Of a DNA stretch of 64,000 nt, positions 56,607-64,000 are shown in pieces. The notes below the pieces were generated by a model that saw only the letters and a program-made list of their open reading frames with translations, did no database searches and was not told the DNA's origin. A program made the translations under genes and the position numbers. Within the stretch, counting starts at the first letter, position 1. Every line of letters starts with the position of its first letter. This DNA is from Candidatus Latescibacterota bacterium. Its GTDB lineage: Bacteria > Latescibacterota > UBA2968. The stretch covers positions 416,001-480,000 of the forward strand of contig OZ242320.1 of assembly GCA_965208125.1 (NCBI GenBank), read 5' to 3'.

Positions 56607-57362
56607 ATGACACCAACAGATATCACAGATGAAATGCTGGCAATATACCGGCGCGATGGCGTCATAAAAATCCCGCAGATCATCTCACCGGATGAAGTGG
56701 CAAAATTTCGTCAGGCATCACTGGATATACTGGAAGCAATGCCAAAAGATCCAAACCGTCCATTTAACCAAAAAGTGAATGTATGGCGAGATGACGAAGT
56801 ATTGCGAAATTTGACACAACACCCGAATGTCGGCGCAGTCGCAGAAAAAATTGCGGGTGTGCGATTGCGAATCTGGCACGATCACATTCTGGCAAAAATG
56901 CCAGAACTCGAAGTACCAACGGCATTCCATCAAGACCTGGTGAAATGGCCTTATGATCGCAATTCCAATGCTCTATCGGCGTGGATCGCGCTACAGGATA
57001 CCCCCGTAGAAATGGGATGCATGTCATTTGTGCAGGGATCGCACGAAATGAAAGACGTACCGGACATGGCGACAAATAACCAGGAAGGGTGGCGGGAATT
57101 CGCACCGGAAATCGCGTGGCGTACCCGGGTAACGCACCCGCTTCAGGCGGGAGATTGTACATTTCATCACGGAATGACATTTCACACCGCGGGACCGAAT
57201 CAAACCGATGATTGGCGGGTGGGATACGTGATAATTTTCGTCGATGCAGCAGCAAAATACACCGGCAAAAAACATGTGGTCACAGATCCCCTGAGACTGG
57301 CACCCGATACATTGCCGCCAGATGATCATTTTCCACCCGTAGTGAAATTTTATGGAGATTAA
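56607..57362 (+). CDS. Phytanoyl-CoA dioxygenase-family Fe(II)/2-oxoglutarate oxygenase
   Basis: HQD, WIALQD...GCM..V.GSH and AGDCTFHH..TFH motifs. Confidence 0.9.
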   Translation: MTPTDITDEMLAIYRRDGVIKIPQIISPDEVAKFRQASLDILEAMPKDPNRPFNQKVNVWRDDEVLRNLTQHPNVGAVAEKIAGVRLRIWHDHILAKMPELEVPTAFHQDLVKWPYDRNSNALSAWIALQDTPVEMGCMSFVQGSHEMKDVPDMATNNQEGWREFAPEIAWRTRVTHPLQAGDCTFHHGMTFHTAGPNQTDDWRVGYVIIFVDAAAKYTGKKHVVTDPLRLAPDTLPPDDHFPPVVKFYGD

Positions 57363-57365
57363 AAA

Positions 57366-58790
57366 ATGAGCACCCCCAACATAATTTTAATGATGTGCGA
57401 CGACCTGGGATATGGCGATGTGGGATTTAACGGAAATGAGATAATCAAAACCCCGAATTTGGACCGGCTGGCGAGCAATGGAATCCGGTTCACGCGATTT
57501 TATGCGGGGGGACCTGTATGTTCCCCAACGCGGGGAACGTGTTTAACCGGGCGGCATTATTTTCGATATGGCGTAACACATGCTAATCGCGGACACTTGC
57601 CCACACAGGAAATAACACTGGCGCGAATGTCGAAATCCTTCGGCTATGCGACCGGACACTTTGGCAAATGGCATCTGGGAACGCTGGACCCGAATTATTC
57701 GGGCAAATCCAATCGCAATCCAGCGCGCAATTACGCCCCACCCTGGGAGCGAGATTACGATGCGTCTTTTGCCACAGAGTATGCAGTTCCCACCTGGGAT
57801 CCAACAATAGATATTAACAACAGAACCGGAAAGCGTCTGGATCGCCCCTGGGCCTCGCCATATTACGAAAATGGAAAACTGGCAACGGAAAATCTGGAAG
57901 GATGCGACTCCCGGGTCTTGATGGATCGCGCAATTCCATTTATCGAACAAGCTGTTGAAAATGGCGAGCAGTTCTTTACGACAATCTGGTTTCACGCGCC
58001 CCATAGCCCGGTCGTTGCCGGACCGGAATATCGCGCAATGTACGCCGAATACAGCGAAGATGAACAGCACTATTACGGCTGCATTACCGCCATAGACGAT
58101 CAGGTGGGGCGGTTATATCACGCATTGGAAGCATGGGGCGTAGCCGACAACACCATGATCTGGTTCTGTTCGGACAACGGTCCCGAAGGCCGCACGGGTC
58201 AAAGTGGTCGCCACCGGGGATCAACAGGCGGCTTGCGCGGGCGCAAACGGTCTCTATTTGACGGCGGCGTAGGCGTACCCGCGCTATTGCATTGGCCGGG
58301 TCATGCAGAACCCGGACGCGTGGTAGAAATGCCGTGCAGCACACTGGATTACTTCCCCACAATCGCCGAAGTCATGGGATATGAAATGCCCGACAATCGC
58401 CCCATTGACGGCATCAGTCTGATACCGACAATTGAAGGAAATATGACAGAACGCCCCACTCCCATTCCGTATCGGTTCAACAGTCCTAAAAACGCAATGT
58501 TTGGCGCCCCGACCATCTCAATGATCGACAACCGATATAAATGCCTGACCAATTTATCGAGCGACGGCAGTGAAGATCTGTGTTTTGACATGATTGAAGA
58601 CCGCGTAGAAACGACCAATTTGGCGAACGAGCAACGCGAGCGAATGGGGCAAACCCGAGAGACACTGCGCCAATGGCTCCGCTCATGCGAAGCCAGCCAC
58701 AACGGTGGCGATTACGACGAAGCTTATGAACCCGTCGCGCCATTTGAAGAAATCACCGGAGATTGGCCTGGAAGAAGAAATAGAAATTAG
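57366..58790 (+). CDS. Sulfatase (Cys type)
   Basis: DDLGYGD, CSPTRGTCLTGR, GKWHLG, SDNG and LRGRK motifs. Confidence 0.93.
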   Translation: MSTPNIILMMCDDLGYGDVGFNGNEIIKTPNLDRLASNGIRFTRFYAGGPVCSPTRGTCLTGRHYFRYGVTHANRGHLPTQEITLARMSKSFGYATGHFGKWHLGTLDPNYSGKSNRNPARNYAPPWERDYDASFATEYAVPTWDPTIDINNRTGKRLDRPWASPYYENGKLATENLEGCDSRVLMDRAIPFIEQAVENGEQFFTTIWFHAPHSPVVAGPEYRAMYAEYSEDEQHYYGCITAIDDQVGRLYHALEAWGVADNTMIWFCSDNGPEGRTGQSGRHRGSTGGLRGRKRSLFDGGVGVPALLHWPGHAEPGRVVEMPCSTLDYFPTIAEVMGYEMPDNRPIDGISLIPTIEGNMTERPTPIPYRFNSPKNAMFGAPTISMIDNRYKCLTNLSSDGSEDLCFDMIEDRVETTNLANEQRERMGQTRETLRQWLRSCEASHNGGDYDEAYEPVAPFEEITGDWPGRRNRN

Positions 58791-58799
58791 AGGTACCGA

Positions 58800-60038
58800 A
58801 TGGCAACTCGATTTGGCGATGAACGCGATTGGTTTTTGGAAAAGCGATTTGGGATGTTCGTCCACTGGGGAATTTACGCAATCCCCGGATGGCACGAACA
58901 GCACCAGTGGCGCGGACGCATGCCCGCAAATGAATACGTGAAATTAGCCGAGCAGTGGAATCCCACAAACTTCAATCCCGACGCATGGTTAGATCTCGCA
59001 GAAGAAGCCGGGATGCAATACATCATCGTCACAACCAAACACCACGATGGATTCTGCTTGTGGGACACATCACATACGGCATTCAACACAATAAATACGC
59101 CGTACGGAAAAGACCTGATGGCAATGCTCGCCGATACGTGTCACAAACGCAACTTCCCCCTGGGCTTCTATTATTCAATTGCCGACTGGCACCACCCCAA
59201 TTACCCCAATCAGGGACGACATCACGAATTGCCCCAACCCAAGCCTGGAGATGATCCCGACTTGGTGAAATACCTCGAATTTCTGAAGGCGCAGGTGTGG
59301 GAATTGTGTACCCATTACGGAAAACTACACGCATTCTGGTGGGATATGAATGTAGATGAACACTTCGACCCATCCATCAACGCGATGATTCGGTCGCTAC
59401 AACCCGCGGCAGTAATCAACAACCGGGGATTTGACCCCGGTGATTTTGGCACGCCCGAGCGCGATTACGAGCAAGGCATAGATACCCAGCAGTCATTTGA
59501 TCGACTGACCGAAGCGTGTCAATCCGTGGGAATCGAAAGCTGGGGCTATCGGGTAGATGAGGATTATTATACGGATCGCCATTTGATACGGAGCATTGAT
59601 CGGTATCTCGCGCGCGACGCAAACTACTTACTCAACGTAGGCCCCAAGCCCGACGGAACGATTCCAGACGCATCCAAACGCATCTTGAAACGCATAGGAA
59701 AATGGTATCGTGCAGTAGAAGAAGCGGTCAAAGACGTAGAACCCGCGTCGCACCTGACGCGCAATCGCGATATACTATTGACGCGCCGGAACAATGTGAT
59801 CTACGTACACCTCATAAACGACCCGCGCACAAGCGGCGTAAAACTCGATCCCATTGCCGTTGCACCAGAGAAAGCAACTTTATTAAACACAGGTGGAACC
59901 GTAGATTTCACAGTGGATCTGGTACCGACCAATCACATAGAACACAAACCCTATTTGCGATTGCAAAACCTGCCAGTAAACGAACTGACCAACACCGTAA
60001 TAGTAGTAAAACTCGAATTTGACGAAACACCTGAATAA
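58800..60038 (+). CDS. GH29 alpha-L-fucosidase
   Basis: FGMFVHWG, TTKHHDGFCLW, WWD, INNR, SWGY and LLNVGP motifs. Confidence 0.92.
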   Translation: MATRFGDERDWFLEKRFGMFVHWGIYAIPGWHEQHQWRGRMPANEYVKLAEQWNPTNFNPDAWLDLAEEAGMQYIIVTTKHHDGFCLWDTSHTAFNTINTPYGKDLMAMLADTCHKRNFPLGFYYSIADWHHPNYPNQGRHHELPQPKPGDDPDLVKYLEFLKAQVWELCTHYGKLHAFWWDMNVDEHFDPSINAMIRSLQPAAVINNRGFDPGDFGTPERDYEQGIDTQQSFDRLTEACQSVGIESWGYRVDEDYYTDRHLIRSIDRYLARDANYLLNVGPKPDGTIPDASKRILKRIGKWYRAVEEAVKDVEPASHLTRNRDILLTRRNNVIYVHLINDPRTSGVKLDPIAVAPEKATLLNTGGTVDFTVDLVPTNHIEHKPYLRLQNLPVNELTNTVIVVKLEFDETPE

Positions 60039-60056
60039 AGATAGCTGGAGAAAATC

Positions 60057-60779
60057 ATGTTTGGAGAAATCCGAAATAAAAACGGTGAAAAACTGGATTA
60101 TGCTTTTCACAGTGGAAATCCCGAAAGCAAACACATCATCGTCCTGGGCCATGGCGTAACTGGCAACAAAGACAGGCCATTTCTGGTCGCGCTGGCACAT
60201 GCACTGGAAGCCGAGAGAATCAACGTCCTGCGTATCTCTTTTGCTGGCAATGGAGACTCAGAAGGTCGGTTTGAAGATGCGACCATAACAAAAGAAGTAG
60301 ATGACCTGGGTTCAGTCCTGGATGCCCTAAATGGACATACAATCTGTTATGCCGGACACAGCATGGGAGGTGCCGTAGGCGTATTGCGGGCGAGCACAGA
60401 TGCGCGCATTCAACAACTCATCTCGTTGGCGGGCATGGTAGATACAAAGGGATTTGCACAGCGCGAATTTGGAGATGTTACCCCCGATGAAGGCAACATG
60501 TGGGATGACCCGGATTGCCCGCTATCCAGCGCATATATGGACGACCTGACAGCGATTGACACCGTCGTAGATCGCGCATCTCAAATCTCGATCCCGTGGT
60601 TGCTCGTACACGGCACAGAAGACGATGTAGTGCCCATTGAAGACTCCCAGACAATATTCGAGCAAGCCAACGAACCAAAAGAACTGATCGTGCTAAACGG
60701 TGCAGATCACGTATTCAGCGATGACGCAACACCCGCCATGATACAGGCCGTTATAGATTGGATTGCAAAACAGGAGTAA
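60057..60779 (+). CDS. Alpha/beta hydrolase
   Basis: GHSMGG nucleophile motif; HGTEDDVVP; GADH. Confidence 0.88.
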   Translation: MFGEIRNKNGEKLDYAFHSGNPESKHIIVLGHGVTGNKDRPFLVALAHALEAERINVLRISFAGNGDSEGRFEDATITKEVDDLGSVLDALNGHTICYAGHSMGGAVGVLRASTDARIQQLISLAGMVDTKGFAQREFGDVTPDEGNMWDDPDCPLSSAYMDDLTAIDTVVDRASQISIPWLLVHGTEDDVVPIEDSQTIFEQANEPKELIVLNGADHVFSDDATPAMIQAVIDWIAKQE

Positions 60780-60781
60780 TA

Positions 60782-61819
60782 ATGTCTTCTAAAACATACC
60801 GAGCCGCGGTAATCGGCCTGGGAATGATCGGTGGAGCAGATCAAGTCTCAGGAGATGTATTGGGTCAGCGCGTGGACAGTATGGACGGCACGCATACTTT
60901 TGCGTATCAAAACCATCCGAGCATCGATCTCGTGGCCGGTGCAAGCCGCGACCAGGGGCGACGCGAGCGCTTTGAAGCGCGCACGGGTGCTATAACTTAT
61001 GAAAGCTGGCGTGAAATGATCGCCAACGAAACACTCGATATCGTCAGCATAGCGACCTACACCCCTACCCACGCGGAAATTGCCATAGCCTGTGCCGAAT
61101 ACGGCATACCCGTCATCTACTGCGAAAAACCCGCGGCAACCACGGTGGTAGATGCCCAGCGCATGCTCGAAGCGCAAAAAGGCGGATTACTGGTTTTCAA
61201 CCATCAGCGCAGATTTGATCCCAATTACCGCCGACTCAGCGCGCTAATTGCCGAAGGAAAACTGGGCACGCTTATTTCCGCTACTCTCCAATGGCCGACG
61301 GGGCGATTGGGCAATGTGGGGACCCATGCAATCGACGCCCTCTTAATGCTCACCGGGCATCGCGTCCAATCAGTCTCCGCAACGCTTGATCTGGCTGGAA
61401 AGCCAGATTGTCGCGGCGATGAATTTCGCGATCCCGGAGGATGGGGCGTCATGCGTATGAACGATGGACTAATGGTTACAGTGAGCGCACCCGATTATTC
61501 CACCGCACCGCCGCGCACGGAAATTAACGGACATAAGGGACGAGTAATTATTGAGGCAAAAGGCATCACACTTGAATACTGGACTGGGGAAACAGAACAG
61601 TGGCCGCCCCATAAGGATAGCGATTCGGGAATGGACCGCGCCGTATCGGAAATCGTCGCCTATCTGGATGATCGCGTCCCCTTTTCTTATAACCCCGAAG
61701 AAGCCGTTCATACACTCGAAGCCATTGTCGCCTTCCATGCTTCTCATAACAAAAACGCAGCCTATGTTGATCTTCCCTTATCGGGCAGCGACCGCGAGAT
61801 AGTTGTGTTAAGTGGATGA
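60782..61819 (+). CDS. Gfo/Idh/MocA-family oxidoreductase
   Basis: IGLGMIG, CEKP and GTHAID motifs; AGGAG RBS before ATG 60782. Confidence 0.88.
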   Translation: MSSKTYRAAVIGLGMIGGADQVSGDVLGQRVDSMDGTHTFAYQNHPSIDLVAGASRDQGRRERFEARTGAITYESWREMIANETLDIVSIATYTPTHAEIAIACAEYGIPVIYCEKPAATTVVDAQRMLEAQKGGLLVFNHQRRFDPNYRRLSALIAEGKLGTLISATLQWPTGRLGNVGTHAIDALLMLTGHRVQSVSATLDLAGKPDCRGDEFRDPGGWGVMRMNDGLMVTVSAPDYSTAPPRTEINGHKGRVIIEAKGITLEYWTGETEQWPPHKDSDSGMDRAVSEIVAYLDDRVPFSYNPEEAVHTLEAIVAFHASHNKNAAYVDLPLSGSDREIVVLSG

Positions 61820-61828
61820 AAGGAATCT

Positions 61829-63010
61829 ATGCCGACCATTGGAACACCGCTTTCACCAACCGCAAATAGAGTGCTCATGTGTGGCTCTGGCGAATTGGGA
61901 AAAGAAGTTGTCATTGAACTCCAGCGCTATGGCGTTGAAGTAATCGCCGTAGATCGCTATGCCAATGCGCCCGCGATGCAAGTAGCGCATCGGTCGCATG
62001 TCATTACCATGCTGGATGGAGTTGCCCTGCGCGAAGTCATAGAAAAAGAACAGCCCGACTTAATTGTGCCCGAAATTGAAGCAATCGCCACAGACACACT
62101 CGTCGAATTGGAAAGCGAAGGATTCACAGTAATCCCAACAGCCAGAGCGGCCCGACTGACAATGAACCGCGAGGGCATTCGCAGATTAGCTGCCGAAGAA
62201 CTGGGCCTAAAGACCTCGCCTTACCGATTTGCGTCGAATTTAGAAGAATACCGCGCAGCAGTTCGTGAAATCGGCGTACCGTGTGTCATAAAACCAACCA
62301 TGAGTTCATCGGGCAAAGGACAAAGCACCGTAAAAAACATGGCAGACGCCGAAAAATCGTGGACCTATGCACAGGAAGGTGCGCGTGGAGGCGCAGATGC
62401 GGTCATCGTGGAGGGCTTTGTGGATTTTGACTATGAAATTACGCTATTGACCCTGCGCTATGAAGGAGGCACGAGTTTTTGCGCGCCAATAGGACATCGA
62501 CAGGTAGATGGCGACTATCGCGAATCGTGGCAGCCACAGCCAATGAGCGAGGCCGCACTTGAAGGCGCACAACGAATTGGCAAAGCAATTACCGACGCAC
62601 TGGGCGGCCGAGGGATATTTGGCGTAGAGCTATTTGTAAAAGGCGACGACATCTACTTCAGCGAAGTATCACCCCGCCCACATGACACGGGCATGGTAAC
62701 CATGATCTCGCAAGACCTCTCTGAATTTGCCCTGCATGCGCGGGCAATCCTGGGATTACCAGTACCAAACATCAAACACCACGGCCCATCTGCTTCGCAT
62801 GTAATCCTGGTAGAAGGACATTCGCAACAGGTGCAATTCGGCAACCTGAGCGCAGCACTCGCCGAACCCGACACAGAAATCCGCTTATTTGGCAAACCCG
62901 AAGTACAGGGAGAACGGCGAATGGGAGTCGTACTTGCAAGGGGCGCAACACTGCAAGAAGCGCGCGAAAAGGCGAAAGCGGGAGCAAAGGCGGTCAGTAT
63001 CTCGCTCTGA
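61829..63010 (+). CDS. purT: Formate-dependent phosphoribosylglycinamide formyltransferase
   Basis: [41 protein letters not shown] and RRMGV motifs. Confidence 0.96.
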   Translation: MPTIGTPLSPTANRVLMCGSGELGKEVVIELQRYGVEVIAVDRYANAPAMQVAHRSHVITMLDGVALREVIEKEQPDLIVPEIEAIATDTLVELESEGFTVIPTARAARLTMNREGIRRLAAEELGLKTSPYRFASNLEEYRAAVREIGVPCVIKPTMSSSGKGQSTVKNMADAEKSWTYAQEGARGGADAVIVEGFVDFDYEITLLTLRYEGGTSFCAPIGHRQVDGDYRESWQPQPMSEAALEGAQRIGKAITDALGGRGIFGVELFVKGDDIYFSEVSPRPHDTGMVTMISQDLSEFALHARAILGLPVPNIKHHGPSASHVILVEGHSQQVQFGNLSAALAEPDTEIRLFGKPEVQGERRMGVVLARGATLQEAREKAKAGAKAVSISL

Positions 63011-63069
63011 GAGACTCTTCTGGTTTGTAATGTATAAAACTGTCGTGCTTATTGCGCGGCAGTTTTTAT

Positions 63070-64000
63070 TTATGATAAAATCAGCCGGGCAACAGCCTCT
63101 TCATTAAGCTTAATACCCAAACCGGGTTTGTCACTCAGAGTAACATGCCCATTTTCAAGCAACAAAGGCTCTGTAAGAAGTCCATTACCAAAAGGACCGC
63201 GCGCAAAACCACTGGGACATTCAGAAATAAAGCAATTGGGAGTCGCTGCGCCGACATGCAGACCCGCCATGAGATGAATAGGCGTGCTGGTACTCACATG
63301 AGACGCCCATGACACGCCAAACACATCGGCTAATTGTGCGATACGCAGCGTCTCAGAAATACCCCCAGCCCGGCAAACATCGGGAAGAATGAGATCGCAT
63401 TCCTCGTTCAGCAACCGATCTCGCACAACATAGCGGTTGCAGTCTGTCTCCCCAACAGCGATTCGAACAGAAGTCGATTGGGTTAGCTGCCGATACCCCT
63501 GATGATCTTCGGGCACCAGAGCATCTTCGAACCATTCTACATTGCCGAGATCCTCGAGCAACCGGACAAAACGAAGAGCATCCTTAATATCGAACCCGCC
63601 GTGCGCATCAACGAGCAACTTGCCGCGGTCTCCCACAGCCCGGGACATCTCGCTGACAACGTGCATTTGCTCGTCTATCGTCCCTCGTCCACAGGACGTC
63701 TTCACCACAGAAAAACCTTCGTCCAGAACCCTTTCAATCCCCTCGCAACGAGATTCAATAGTCTGACCCGGCGTACCCGATGAATACACGGGAATTTGCA
63801 AACGGTAGGGACCGCCAAGCAACCGCCAGATCGGCTCATTGTAGTACTTCCCGCGTATATCCCAAAGCGCGATATCGATCCCCGCAATCGCCTCCAGCGT
63901 AAACCCCTGCGTATGGGAGCGCAGGCGCATCGTCGAAAACATGCGCTCCCACAAAACGTCGATTGAACGCGGATCCTCCCCGATAAGGACAGGACACAAC
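63070..64000 (-). CDS. Mandelate racemase/muconate lactonizing enzyme family protein, 5' end outside the window
   Basis: GIDIALWDIRGK, LLVDAH, WFED, GE, PDV...GGISE and PGLGI motifs. Confidence 0.9.
   Translation of the reverse strand, partial: LCPVLIGEDPRSIDVLWERMFSTMRLRSHTQGFTLEAIAGIDIALWDIRGKYYNEPIWRLLGGPYRLQIPVYSSGTPGQTIESRCEGIERVLDEGFSVVKTSCGRGTIDEQMHVVSEMSRAVGDRGKLLVDAHGGFDIKDALRFVRLLEDLGNVEWFEDALVPEDHQGYRQLTQSTSVRIAVGETDCNRYVVRDRLLNEECDLILPDVCRAGGISETLRIAQLADVFGVSWASHVSTSTPIHLMAGLHVGAATPNCFISECPSGFARGPFGNGLLTEPLLLENGHVTLSDKPGLGIKLNEEAVARLILS

Noticed and set aside
1-64000. tRNA, rRNA, integrase, transposase or prophage genes
   Set aside because: Intergenic regions and ORFs were read by eye and none were recognised; a covariance-model scan would be needed to exclude small RNAs.

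Overview
Bacterial chromosomal segment, about 50% GC by eye and gene-dense. PorV, T9SS-CTD and dockerin-like proteins, sulfatases, a phytanoyl-CoA dioxygenase and an ankyrin protein suggest an FCB-superphylum, Latescibacterota/Gemmatimonadota-like organism, possibly host-associated (inference). Left to right: (1) 5' part of a trp operon (trpE-trpG-trpD) behind an unannotated attenuator whose 34-aa leader is rich in Trp, Phe and Tyr; (2) a small toxin-antitoxin-like pair and envelope/glycosylation genes; (3) a secretion/outer-membrane locus with PorV, a catalytically dead M6-like protease carrying a T9SS CTD, a peptidase-PD40-Omp85 fusion, two DUF5683-like proteins and three dockerin-like-tagged enzymes; (4) a sigma54-controlled orphan ABC ATPase-ankyrin pair; (5) the main finding, a four-gene operon resembling the complete eukaryotic peroxisomal ether-lipid pathway (fatty acyl reductase, HX4D acyltransferase, eukaryote-type alkyl-DHAP synthase, DHRS7B-like SDR), divergent from an ndk-yceD-rpmF-fabH-fabD-fabG-acpP-fabF-rnc cluster that lacks plsX; (6) an uncharacterised cluster of lipoate ligase, GlmL-like ATPase, lipoyl-like-domain protein, DUF6754-like and membrane proteins, followed by orphan oppD/oppF; (7) a sulfatase-fucosidase catabolic block, purT and a partial enolase-superfamily gene. 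No rRNA, tRNA, CRISPR array or intact transposase was seen. All family calls come from motif recognition by eye; no searches were run.
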